Source of the DNA: Vairimorpha necatrix
Lineage: Eukaryota
Length of the DNA: 64,000 bases
Direction of reading: 5' to 3'
Assembly (NCBI GenBank): GCA_036630325.1
Contig: CP142726.1
Span: forward strand, 372,001-436,000
The position numbers and the translations under genes are program-made. Below, in pieces: positions 38,935 to 52,405 of this stretch (positions are counted from its first letter, which is position 1; the number at the start of each line of letters is the position of its first letter). The notes under the pieces were generated by a model, which did not search any database, was not told the origin of the DNA, and saw only the letters and a program-made list of their open reading frames with translations.

Positions 38935-41900
38935 TGTTGGAGTAAAAACATGGGTTTATTTATTATAAAATATTTAAAGACAGACATGTCAAATCTCAAG
39001 ATAGACACAGTTGGATTTGACATGTGTCACTCTTCCTACACTACTTTACCTTTAAAAGCTTAACATGATTTCGACTTGCCATTATCTAGTAACACCTTAA
39101 ATGAATTAAATCGCAGTTCTACGACCGTTCCCTTTTCTTCCCATTTTGGTTCAAGTTTTCCTCTGAACGGTAGCATTAAATAATACCAAACTCTATCGCC
39201 CACCTTAATAGCATCTTTATCCGTGGAGTTGGCCTTTTTACTCGTGTCGTATTCTCGTCTGTAAACTTCCAAGTTCTTAATCGCTTGCTCTTGAAACTCT
39301 TTCTTATCTTTTGTTAAATGCATTCCTTCTTGTATTTCTAACTTATTTGGAACTATTCCTGTTAAGAGTTCTATTGGTGCACACCCTATAGCCCCATGAT
39401 ATGATTGCATAAAGGCTCTGACTACCTTGGGGACACATTTTGCCCAATCGAATTTCCCAAATTCTGTGACTTTTCTTAATTTTATAGCTATTGTTCTGTC
39501 AAACCTCTCAACAAGCCCTGTGGTTGTAGGTTTATAAGGGGAACCATATTTCCAGATGAATTTTTTGGTCCTCGAATATTCCTCACAGATATTATTTTTG
39601 AATTCTATGCCATTATCGGATAAAATGGCCTTTGGAATGCCCTACTTCCTGATTATATGTTTATCTACCAAATAAATAATTGTGTTCATGTCTTTCGTAT
39701 AAATAGGCACTACCTCTGCAATTTTAGAAAAGTGGTCAATCATTGTCAATAAGAATTTATACCCTTGTTCGTTTTCTCCCAAGGGCCCTACCATGTCTAC
39801 TTCCCAAATTCCGCCAATAGTCTTTGTTACTAATAGTACAATGTCACTAAATTTTCTCTGGGGGTTTTCTTTTTGACAAATTTCGCAATTATCTACGTAG
39901 TTTTTATGTCTCTGCCTATATTTTTCCAAGTAAATTTTCGACCAATATTATATTTCATATTTTGTTTTGATCCATGACCTAATAGATCATGGTAAAATCT
40001 TAAGAGTACTAAAATCCTTTCTTTTTTAATTATTTTCTTTTTTATTGTATTTTCTTCTATAACAGTCTCCTTCTGTTTCTCAAATTCTCTGCTTAGGTGG
40101 TCTGTATAGTTTGATGGTCCTGTAATGTATTCAATATCGAAATCATATTCTTGTTACAGTAATGACCATCTAGCCAACCTAGCTTTACATTCCTAGACTT
40201 AAACAAATATTTCAAAGCCCGATGATCCGTTTTTAGTGTAAATTCCCCTAATAATAAATATTCTCTGAAGTATTGAATAGATTTTATTACTGCTAGCAAT
40301 TCTTGCTCAGTAGTGGAATAGTTTTCTTCTGTCTTGGAATGTAAAGAACTGTAATAAGATATAATCTTTTCTTTCCCGTCACAAATTTGCGCCAATGTGG
40401 CCTCGCATCCCTCATTCGATGCATCTGTAGTCAAAATAAACTTCACCTTTAAATTTGGTATCGTCAATAAGGCCGTTCTCCTCATAGCCCGTTTTACCTC
40501 TTCTATTGCCTTGCAGTATTCCTTATCATTCTCTGCATTTTTCCAGAAGCTATCTGCTTCCTAGTTCTTAAGTCTTATTATATCGAATAGTGGACTAACC
40601 ACTTTGTGACTGTTTTTAATAAATTTGGAGCAATAGTTGTATAGCCCCAACAAAGATTGTAATTTCTTCTTACTCTTAGGAACTGGCAATTCTTGAATGC
40701 TTTTAACTCTTTCTTCGTCAACACTTATTCCCTCCTTTGATATAACGTGCCCTAAAATTTTTAAGTGGGTCTTATTAAATTCGCACTTCTTTTTATTAAG
40801 TTTTAGTCCTACTGACTTGAGCTTTTCTAATACCCTTTTAACATCTCTTCTATGATCTTCATCCGTTTTAGTATAAATTAGTATATCGTCCATATATACT
40901 ACAACAAATTTAAATAAGAATTCTTTTAAGATATTATTCATCACACGTTGAAATGTAGCTGGTCCATTGACAAGCCCAAATGGCATTTTAGTAAATTCAA
41001 ATAGTCCTTCTCTACAGGCATAGGCTGTCTTTTCTATATCACAAGGCGCCATATCAATTTGATGATATCCCGATTCTGCATCCAATTTTGTGAAGTAACT
41101 AGAGCCTTCTAATGCATTTATAAATTCTTCTACTCTTGGTATTGGGTACGCGTCTTTAATCGTCGCATCATTCAACCTTCTATGGTCCACACTTAACCTG
41201 TGAGCCCCATTCTTTTTTTGGAACAATAATAATTGGACTTTCCCATGCACTTTCATAGGTCTTATGATTCCCAAGTTCAGAAATTCTTTTACTATTTTAG
41301 AGGATATGTCTTCTTTCTGCACCACCTAACTTGTATAACTGTTTAAGTATTGGTTTATCATCTTTTGTGATGATCTTGTTATAACCTATGGCTTTCCCCT
41401 TTGCCATTAACCCAGATTCAAATTCCATTCTATTATCCCCAAATTTTAAATTTATTTTGTATTTATCAAGTAACCCATGTCCTATGATACATGGAATTGT
41501 AATATCTCTTGTTATAATAAAATTATCTTCAAAAATCATCCCTTCTATTTTAATCTTAGCTACCGTTTCCCCAATAATTTTTATCTTTGACCCGTTCGCT
41601 GCTCTAAGTTGTTGTTTTGACGGACCAACAATAGTTTTATTTGGTAACAATTCTGGTCTAATCAGATTTAAATCTGCTCCTGTATCGATCAGTACTTTAA
41701 ATTTTGCTTCAAAATTATTCAATGAGGCGGCCTTAAGTGTTACTCTAGTGTCATTAAATCTCGAAAGGGAATAGTTAAAAATAATTTTATTGGAATCACA
41801 TTCTTTATCTTTTTCCTCTTTCTCTTCCATTTTCTCTATTTCTCTCACATTCTTCCTGAGGATATTAAATCTGCATTGAGCAACTATATGACCTTTTTGT

Positions 41901-42611
41901 CCGCAAATAAAGCACCTAATTTTTGCTTTCTTCTCCGTTTTCCAATTATTTTTCTGGGATACCTTTCCCCTAATCGCATCCCCCTCCATTGGCTCTCCTC
42001 GTGCTACTTCTGCATATCTTGGTCCATTTTCGCATTTCACATTCCTCAAAGCTCTGTAGATGTACTCCCATGATAAAGAATCATTATTGTTTATTAACAC
42101 AATGTTTGCTATGTCATTAGGTAGTCCTTTTAATGTAAAAGCTATCATACACATTCCGGGACATTGCCTTTTCGTGCCAATCCCGCCATCTTATCTAGAT
42201 AATTTAATAAAGAACCGCCATGATATCTTAAAGAAGAAAGTTTATCAATAGATATTTTTAATTGTATATTGCTAAAAAATCTTCCTTTGAATCCCTCGAT
42301 CAATTTATCAAGCCCTAGTCCCATCGGCTGGGAGTTAATCCAGTCCCTTGCTTCTTCTTTTAGAGACATTTTAAAAAGGAGTAAAAGCTAAACCAAGCTG
42401 AAAACCTTCAGCCTCCCCAACTCTAACAAGTCCTCCAAGAACTGCTGTGGGTCTTCTTTCTCTTCATTTCTGAAAGTGAGAAAGTTCTTGTCCTTGTCGC
42501 CAAATTGTTGGAGTGAAAACATGGGTTTATTTATTATAAAATATTTAAAGACAGACATGTCAAATCTCAATATGGACACAGTTGGATTTGACATGTGTCA
42601 CTCTTCCTACA
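38935..42611 (-). mobile_element. Ty3/Gypsy element 2 with 106-bp LTRs
   Basis: LTRs 38935-39040 and 42506-42611 (3 mismatches seen); PBS TGGCGACAAGGA; gag CCHC, protease LIDTGA, RT YMDD, RNase H, integrase; several frameshifts. Confidence 0.95.
39060..42522 (-). pseudogene. gag-pol of Gypsy element 2
   Basis: ORF pieces 41297-42154, 40561-41325, 40093-40485, 39642-39929 and 39060-39410. Confidence 0.9.
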
Positions 42612-43224
42612 GAGAATATTTCAAACATTCAAAAAAAGATTTATACTATATTTTGAATTGTGTTTTTATAAAATTGAAAAATCAATAAATATTTTTAGTA
42701 CAAAATATACAAAAAATGGGGGTGAAGGATAACACACTACCCTCTCTGGGAGTGTTCACTTTATTTTTTCGAACCCCAAAAATTAAGCGCAAAAAAGGAG
42801 GACCAAAGAAGCCTCAAAATTTCATCACACTTATAATATTTAAAATAACAACTGAATAAATGACTAGGTAGAAAAATTAAATTTAGATAAAGTCATAATG
42901 ATCATTGAAAGTATTGTACATTTTTAATCCTTCTTAGTTTTCTAATTTTTACAATTGTTGGTTTAACATTGTTATGGAAACATAACATGACACTATTTTA
43001 TTTATTTTTATAATTGGTTCATTTTGAAACAGATTCAATCTATTTCTACCAATAGAATGTTCTATCATAAGGAGAAACTCCTAAAACTATATAAAGAAAA
43101 AATATTTAAATAAATATGTTACCATCTAAGAATATTTCAACTTCACCCATAACGTATTATTAAAGAAACAATGACTTGACACCTGTTTCGGGCAATTATA
43201 AAACAAGATTTTTGAAGAAAATCT

Positions 43225-44300
43225 AAACGAGTATCTAAGGATTAGGTATAGCTTTGTAGGAAAGATAACCCAGAAGATGCTAATAGAATCCCAAAAGCGC
43301 TTTACAACAAAATTAACATAAGGACAAACTATGGAAAGTTGTTTAAAGCTAGGGACAATGATTTAGTAAGCATTGGGGACTCTTCTACCTGGCTGGTTAA
43401 AGGAAACAATCGGGCTAGATCCGAAGCAATTTATTGCTTCCTACAGGATAGAAATATCTTCTGTGGACATGAGGGACAATGTCCCCATTGGGGTGTTCAT
43501 AGGAAGACCGTGGATCATTTAGCTACCAAGTGTGATCGAATGCTGGGTTTTGATTATATGAAAAGACACAACGAGGTAATTAGATGCATTTATCTCTTAC
43601 TATGTATTAAATATGGGTTTAAGAAGACAAAGAAAATACGTGGACACTCAGTACAAGAGATCATGGAAAATGATCGTGCAGAAATAAGAGTAGATACGAG
43701 AATATACACTTTTATAAAGGTGACCCATAATAAGCTTGATATTCTTGTGTTTGACAAGAAGAAAGAAATTTTAATAGTTGAAGTTGGTATAACCAACCAG
43801 GATCGACATACTATAGTTGGAATGATAAACTAAGAAAATATGACCTTCTTGCAAATGAACTAGGACTAATACATAAGTTCCGGACAAGAATAGTTCCTTA
43901 TGTAATAATATGGGATGGAGTGGTGACCAAATATCACAGAAAGTACATCAGAGAGCTAGAAATCCAACGCTATCTGGAAGCATATATCCAGTCTATTGTG
44001 ATGAAGAAGAATCTAGAGCTCATCTCTTCGGAACGACGACGAGGATACGATCAGGAGGATGCAGGAGAAGAAGTGGCTAGAGCTGTAAACGCACTAGCGA
44101 ATATGGCAACTGTTAAAGAAATGATGTTGGCAAAGGGGAATGAAGCTGAAAAGGTGAAGTTGGAAAACATTAATAATTCCACAGAAACCAAAGTCTGTGA
44201 AGACCTGAATCCCATGGGCGATATTGGGAAAAGCTGTGCTATGAATTTTTAATCTTAATTATAAATTAACTCAATAAATCTTTTATTTCCTGAAAAAAAT
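43225..44300 (+). mobile_element. 5'-truncated RLE non-LTR retrotransposon copy
   Basis: ORF 43339-43833 (DHLATKC, RHN, DILV, EVG) and ORF 43920-44252; AT-rich tail. Confidence 0.9.
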
Positions 44301-44350
44301 CTACTTTTATTATAAACCAACAATTAGAATAGATATACCATTTATGTAAG

Positions 44351-47300
44351 TGTTAGACATATCCAATTTTTGGGGCATTTAATAATAAAAATATAAAGCA
44401 AACAATGACATGAGAATGTCACAACATTTCTCCCTCTATAAGAAATAATCGTCTTTGTCGATTTTTTTCGACTGCGTAGCGTGCCTTTTACTTATTTTCC
44501 CATTACTATTGATTTCATATGTATCGATAGTCAAAATGCCTATAACTTCTCCTGTTCCTACAAACTTTGGCTGTCCTTTGTATTTGTGTATATGGTCTTG
44601 TATAATAACTAAATCTCTAAGTTCTTTTTTTTATATTCGGGGTTCTCAAATAAACTCTTGTATTTATTTAATCGGTTTTCAAAATGTTTTCTTTTAACTT
44701 CTGAGAGGTTTTCTAGATCTAATCTTCTATTGGGAGCATCCCCGTTGCTCTATGACTTATTTAATTATACGCCTCAATCATGTTATCGACTCTTTTAGAC
44801 AGTCTGATGCTCTAATCCTGCTTTTTCATTCCTTCGCCCACAGTTTTATTAAATCTCTCTATTCTACCGTTTAAACAATGGTGGTAGGGCGAGGTAATAT
44901 GTTGTCTTATTTTCTTCTCTCATAACCAATTTCGTATCGTTTCACTTATATTTTCTTTTGCGCCGTCTGATATCAGTGTCTGTATATTCACCCTTTTGTG
45001 TACAATTTCCAAAAATATCAATATGTTATCACTAATTTTTGTTTTGAATACTTTTGCAAATGCGAATCTTGAGAAATAGTCTATAGCCGTGAATATAAAT
45101 TTATCTTCTATCGGCCCTATGATGGCAAAAGCAACTTTTTCTCTGGTTTAAATGCTTCACGTGCCCGAATCCTTTAATTCTCGCCGGATTATACTCTTTG
45201 AATTTATAACATCTTTTTAAAACATCTTCTAATCTCTTTAGTGTTATACTTTTTATGCTCTGTTCTATCTTTACTTGTTCATATGTATCGTTTGCGCCTC
45301 TATGAACTAATTTTTCGTGTACCTTCATGATCATATCAACAATTTCTTGCTCTTCAATAACATTTATTGTCCCGTAATGACTCGAGAGAGCATTAACGTG
45401 CCCCAAATTATATGTTGTTTTGTATTGTATTATAAAATCGTGCATCTGTAATCGTTCTATCCATCTTATTATCCTATAAGAATTTATCTCTCTTTTACAG
45501 TTTAAGGCTTCCAGTGCCTTATGATCCTTGTGATTGTAAATTTCCTTCCGAGGAGGAAATATTTAAAATGTTTTATTGCCCCAAGTGTGGTTAACATTTC
45601 CTTTTCTGTAATCGTATAATTTCCTTCGGCCTGTCGTAATTGCCTTGAGGCACGCAATTGGCCTCTCTTGCAAGTCTATTTCCTGGCTAAGTTGGAGCCT
45701 AATCCCGTGTTCGCTGCGTCTGTTGTTAATGCAAAGTCTCGTGAAAATTCAGGTTGATACAAGCATAAATCCGATATTAATGCATCTTTCAACGTTTGAA
45801 ATGCGAATCTTGTTCTTTTTCCCAAATAAACGGTTGTTTCTTTTTTAATAGTTTCACTTTGAGTAAATATCTTTGCGCAATCCTTTATAAATTTTCTGTA
45901 ATAATTTACAATGCCTAAAAATTTTCGTACCTCATCTACATTCCTCGGGGGTGTATATTTTTTTTATTTCTTCAGTATTATCTGTCAACGGAGTTATCTT
46001 ATTATATGTTATGTTGTGAACAAAAAATTATCTCTTTATTCATTATTTCCATTTTTTCCCTATTTGCTGAGAATCCTGCGTTGTTAAGTAGTTTACATAC
46101 TCTTCCCACTGCCTTTTTATGCTCTTCCATTGTTTCAGTATATATTAGAATATCATCCACATACGCGAAACAACATCTCCCAATTTCTTGCTTAAGAACT
46201 TTATCAACTATTCTTTGAAATATTGCTGGGGAGTTCTTAAACCCCATAGGCATCCTAGTGTATTCATATGTCCTGTTTTTTATCCTGAAAGCAGTTTTCA
46301 TCATGTCGTCCTCTTTTAACTTTACCTGAAAGAATGCCTCCTTCAAATCTATCTTAGTAAAATATCTGCTTTTTCCCAGGCGGTAAATAAGCTCTTCTAT
46401 CCTTGGTAGCGTATAACTATCTAGTGCCACTATTTTGTTCAGTTTGATTAAGTTTATTGTAAGCCGTATGCTTCCATCTTTTTTTTCGACGGAACTAACA
46501 TTATTTAACCACGTAGAGTGAGATTTTCTAATATAGTTGTTGGAATATAATCTCTGTATTTCTTTTTCAATTTTCCCTTCCCATGCTTGGGGCATTCGGT
46601 ATGACTTATCTACAACCTTTTTACCATCCTCAGTATCTATATTACATTCAAATCCCTTTATTCCTTCGTTCTCCCAAGCACATAATTTATTTATTTCTTC
46701 ATTAAAATCGGTTATTACAGTGATAGGATTTACGGGCTTTGGTGTTCTCATCAATTTACGTTCTATTATCACCGTCTTATCATTTCGCGTTGGTAAAATA
46801 TAAAACTTCTCTTTGTAGCGTTCTTTGCTATGCTCGAATTCTATTTCCACATATTCATCTATTGTAAACACTTCTAATAAATAGGCAGGTATATTAAGTG
46901 ATCGGCGTTTTCAATAACGATGCTCTGATCTGCAAGAATGCTTGTATCGGTTTTGTTATAAAACTATATTCCGAACCTGTGTCAAAATAGCCCTAAACTA
47001 AAGAACCTTGATATGAACTAAATTTTCTTTAGCAATTTCATCGCGCGTTTCGACGCTTTTCAGCTGTCTTTTTTGGTCTGTTCTCGTTGCGCTACTTGGT
47101 TTTGTATTTAGACTTTTGAAATACGCTTCTCTTGATTACCTCTATTTTCCTTATAGTATCTAAGAATTCTTCATCAATTTTTTTAAACTTAAGTGTTGCT
47201 TATTCACACTCCTCTCTCAACTTCCTCTATCCGAGGTAACTAATCTCTAATATAAGCTCATCATCATCAATAATAGCCTCTCCCAATTTTCTCATCCTTA

Positions 47301-47701
47301 TAAAAAATTCATAACAGGTTTCTTCCTTTTTCTAGAATTCTCTTTAGATATTTTCTTTTTTTGTTTTATATAAAAAAACATGTATTCCTTCCATGCTTCG
47401 TAAGAAATCTTTCTTAGTTTTTTATCCCTTTATAAGCGTTCGTGGGCTTCGATTATAGCCATATCTGCTTTGTCCAAAATTTCCTCAATTTTTTCTTCAT
47501 CCTTAAGGATTTAAAAGCTTTCTTTCTAGTTTTTTTTAAAGTGGCTTCCAGATCTTTACCAGTTATTTGTATGGTGAGATCAGCCAGTAACTTCACTATG
47601 TCTTGTTTTGAAATATTCTCCACCATGTTAGACATATCCAAGTTAAGGGGTATTTAATAATAAAAATATAAAGTAAACAATGACATGAGAATGTCACAAC
47701 A
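44351..47701 (-). mobile_element. Ty3/Gypsy element 3 with 76-bp LTRs, decayed
   Basis: LTRs 44351-44426 and 47626-47701; PBS TGGTGGAGAAT; PPT AGAGGGAGAAA; RT ORF 46002-46871 (YVDD). Confidence 0.92.
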
Positions 47702-48389
47702 GATAGAATGCACTATCGAACTATAAAGTAAATTCGCCAAAAGAGATTACAACGATTTCAAAATTATAAAACCAACGACAGCAACGCTACTCATTTACTA
47801 TCTAACACTGTAAACTACTTAAAAATTCATAAAAGGTACGTAAGTTTAGTGGGCCCATTTAAAAATCAATTGCACTGGAAGTCATAATATACAAGAGAAT
47901 TTATCTTTTTTTCCTAAAAGAAAGCAACATTTATTATATATAAAATGGCGCTTAGTCAGGAAAGATACAAACCAGATATCCAAAAGCCCATGGGTCAAAT
48001 AAACGCTTCTGATTCAGCTATTGGTGCATTCGCATGAAATTAAACCTTTTGAAAGAGCGTTTTATGTCGACAAATAGCAAAACAATGAATAAATGTTGGC
48101 ATATACATCGATAACTGAAAGTAAGTATGGGGGAAAAGCATTTGACATTGTCTTATTGGCTGACAATTTGTCTTGAGATAAATCACGAGCCGTTTGCCTA
48201 CATATGGCAATAGTTAACACCTCTAAATTGAACGTAACACTGTGCTTTTTTATAAAATATTCTTTTGGTAGAATACATAAGATGTCAAAATAACATCGAA
48301 ACTGCGTGTGGCAAAATTCAGTTTTATATAAAGATTTAATTAACGTGAAAAATTTTAAACAGCTCCACAGACACGATATTTTATAAATA

Positions 48390-49070
48390 ACCATGGGGCG
48401 GTTGGACAGAAGCTAGATAATGCGATAAAATTTGCCACATCAAGTAGGTTCATGAAAAATATTCAACAAAGAAACAAAAGATTTTGTCTGTCGATACACA
48501 ACATGCGCAAGTATCAAAGGAAAACGAACGCAGACGAAGGATAAAATTTTTATGTCAAATGAAATAATGAATATGGCAATTAGATCTATTAAAAATAAGC
48601 GAAATAATCTTAGTAATTCTTTCTATTAAATCAAAAACCCCCGGATATTGTAGTAGTAGATAAAAATAAGTAATTGTTATGAATAATTGAAATAGGTGTC
48701 ACATCACACGAAAATCTCCAGCAAATATAAAACGATAAGTTAAGGAAATATGATGTCTTTGCAAACAAACTGGGCTTAATACGTGGTTTTAAAACAAAAA
48801 TAATTTTCTACGTAATTACTTATGACAGTATAGTGTCTAAGTTTTACAAATCTTATACCACAAGACTTGGAATCCATAGGAAGGTAGAAGCGTACATCCT
48901 GATGATCACTATAAAGAAAAGCAGACGCTAGAAAGCGTTTCTCTGGACTACCGAAGGAGAGGAGATAAAGCCGATGTGAAAAGAACTATGAAGCCGGAGG
49001 CTACCTACAAGCAGGAGACTCTAACGCGGAACCATCCTTATTAAATTATGAGTATAAACTAATCTAAGCA
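48390..49070 (+). mobile_element. Decayed 3' fragment of a divergent RLE non-LTR element
   Basis: PDIVVVDK, IEIGVT, KLRKYDV-like, VEAYI motifs. Confidence 0.6.
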
Positions 49071-52063
49071 TACTTTAATTAATTCTTTATATGCTTTATA
49101 ATCGTTTTTATTAAATTCGACAAAATTAATTGAGACACGCGTTTAAAAAATTAAAACCTATATGAATACATCAATATGCTTTGTCAGGGACAGATCTCCA
49201 GTGGTCCTAAGATTACCCTGGAGACCAGAGAATATCATTCCGTAGGTATTCTTCTCTTTCTCTTTAATTATGTTTTGAAGGGAAAATACTTTATTTTCTC
49301 TCCCACAAACATAAATGAAAATCATACCCAGAAAAGTATGAAGCAGTTAAATAAAATAGTAAATAAAACTAACTCTTCTCGAACTGCTGGGCAACCAGTA
49401 GTCTACATGCTTTATTTTGTCAAATTCATAAAACCTAGAACCCAATGCTCATTTTCATAAAATAGGTCTTGGTCTAAAAAACAATAAATAGTAGTGTTAT
49501 ACCCTCACTAAGAACAATTATACTTAATTAAAAAAGATGTTCCAGATCAACGTTTTAATTGGTACTCGGGTAACCAATTCGATTTGATTTAGAAAAAACT
49601 ACTTAAGAAAATTATTTTAAAATAAATATGAACTACTCTCCAACTTGTAAATCTATTTACATCTCCTTTTTAAAAAACAACAAGGTACCGCCAAGACATG
49701 GCAGGTAGATTTAACAAATTCTTAAATTGTTAGTTAGCCGGGTATACCAGCTAACCTTGGGACCAAAGAAGCGTTAAAAAGCAAATCAAATGCTGTGATA
49801 TAAAAAAGCGATTATGAAAATCTGATGGAGAATATGGTTCTACAGGTCATGAATGCTGTCAATATAATATGCAATATATTAATAGCAACCACCCCATCGT
49901 AATTATAATGGCGCTTTACCACTGCTGCTATTGAACAGTACCCATAACTAAATAAAGAATGTAATTCTGAGTCATGCTACATATAAAAATAATAATAAAA
50001 AACAGATATATACAAACAACAAATAATCAAATATGAAGTAGAAGTAGATAGTGATATCTAGATTAACGACGCAGTGTAAATCTATAAAAAAGCTTTATCA
50101 TTGTACTAAAGGCGTGTTGGGAATCACTCTAAGTGTATAAAAAGAAGAATAATTTTTACGAATATAAGTCAAATCTAAAGGCCAAAATTTGCGTCTTAAT
50201 AAAAGACGATATATCATAAACCACAAAAAATATTGTAGTATACATAAAAAAAAATATGCAACGAACAGGGCTTTATGCATTAAAATTCTCATTTTTTCTT
50301 TTGACTAATAGTAAAGAGACGGTTTTCTTTAAAAGCGCGCAGACCCCATGTTTAAAAAAGGACGCAATAAGTCGCAAGATTTTTCCCTTTATTCTAAATC
50401 TTTATTATAATTTTTAATGAAATATGTGCTCAGATATCTCAAACTATTAATGTGTAAATACTCGGATTTTTTTGCTTAAATATTAAAAATGTCTTTGTAT
50501 TTAAAAAGCTTTGTAATGTTATAAATTACATTACTATAATCGGTGTCAATAATATCATCTGTCAAATATTCATCAATGCGTTTCAATGCGTCAATAAACA
50601 AACAAAAGAATGCCTAGCAATAGGTTTATAAATGTAAAAGCATTGACCTATAGTAAAACTGTTAAACAATAATTATATTAAAAATAAAATTTAAAAATTA
50701 GTTTGTCTTTGAAGGGTATGGAATAACAGAGAAGTTATAAAACCATCAATAGATACATTGACATCAACAATATTTTAGACAGCTAATATTAATATAGCAA
50801 AGTCCTGTCTTTACAGGACAAGGTTATTGCTGCAAATAGCATTTTCCACTGGTTATGGCGACTATGCCGAAATAAAATAATAAATATACATGTTTTGCTT
50901 TTTCATGTTTGTTCCATCAAAATTTACTCTCATTGATTTTGTAAAAAAAGTCATATTTGCTATTTAACTTAGATAATATGTGATTTCCACACGTTCTCAA
51001 TATTTTAATCATTATAGAGCGATAGGATTAAAGTTGTTATATACTACATTAAATTCAACATCGCATTGCAAAGTTGTAAGGCCTAACCTTATTTGATTTA
51101 CATTATTTAGATCTTATTAATTTTCTTCTGATCCTGTTTGATTTCAATGTGAGGTTTCTGGGTACATTTAGACGTATCATTAGTAATCACTTTAAAATTC
51201 TATTTTTGGACTACCAGACACATGTTCATATTTTTTTTTATTGATCAAATCCTTTAAGTTATGGTAAATATTTTGTACCTCCTCTCACATAACTTTTCTC
51301 AAAAAAATCCAGAGGACTATAATTTAGCCCATTTTAATATTCTCTCCTGGGAATTATGAAAAAAAAAATATACCCCAAAAAATCCATTCAATTTCTGGCA
51401 GCAATAAAAAACGACTATTGAATTTGTATTTCATATGTTCTCTTTGCTCGGCCGCAACGAACATGGGAATTTGTAAGTTAATAGACATTTGGAATAAATC
51501 TTTACGTGAAATCGTTTACATGTAACACTGACCATTTTTGGGGTAGATATTCAGTATAATATTTGTGTTGAAATTACTATTGTAATAGTTTCATCAGTGC
51601 CGCATTACAACATTCTTATTTGCTTTCTCGGGGTTATCGATTATAACTATATGCCCTTCTATGATGTTGTTGTTTTTGTATATAATTTCTAATATCATTT
51701 TAACGTGTACGTAATAAAACAAGTATCACCAAGTAGAATGTATTTTTTAAATATGATTACTGTTTGTTACAATGTATTAAATGTTATGATTATGTAATGA
51801 CTATGATTGAGGGATAAGAAAGAGCGAATATAGCAGAAAAAATAGTTTGGACTTGTATAAACTTTTATGTCTGTTACATAAATTTAAGCAAAACGTTTTT
51901 TCAATACACTTCCACCTTAATCTTTTTCTATTTTTTCTTTATTGAATAACTTTGGAGAATATTTTTTGTTAGGATTGGATATAGAGAAATAAGGAGGAAA
52001 AGAAATTTTAACACCTTCCTCGGTGCATAAGATATCACAAAAAAGAAATTATACAAAAAATGT

Positions 52064-52405
52064 TTATTTTTCTTTGATAAACAGTACATTCGCCCACTTG
52101 TATAAATGCAACAAATATTTGCGATCTAATTCGTCGCAGCTTTTTCCTTTTCTAGCTCCTGGTGTAAAGTTTCTCCTTCTTCTTTGAAACCACCAATTAA
52201 TTGAATTGATGTTCAAATCAAGAAGCGCGCTCAAGTCTTCTACTAAATTCAACGATGGACATTGAACTCTTTCAAAGGTGTTTATGAGAACATACTCTTT
52301 AACTGCCGTATATCCTCTTTTTTTGTGTTTTTTGTTTTCTTTTTTTAATTTAAGTAGACCGAATAAAGCCTCTGCCAAAGTATTATCGTCTAAAAAGTTA
52401 TTCAT
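52064..52405 (-). CDS. Small homeodomain protein (copy 4, intact, 113 aa)
   Basis: KRGYTAVKEYVLINTFE...PS...LSALLDLNINSINWWFQRRRR; GGGG motif before the ATG. Confidence 0.85.
   Translation of the reverse strand: MNNFLDDNTLAEALFGLLKLKKENKKHKKRGYTAVKEYVLINTFERVQCPSLNLVEDLSALLDLNINSINWWFQRRRRNFTPGARKGKSCDELDRKYLLHLYKWANVLFIKEK

Noticed and set aside
41388-41774. Antisense ORFs over TE genes (also 14683-15018, 46537-46803, 58320-58607)
   Set aside because: Shadow frames of the opposite-strand coding sequence
47950-48040. PDIQKP...NASDSAIGA, resembling Gypsy RNase H
   Set aside because: Too short and degenerate to call without a search
49100-51350. Short ORFs in the AT-rich interval
   Set aside because: No recognisable motifs; probably decayed TE or intergenic DNA
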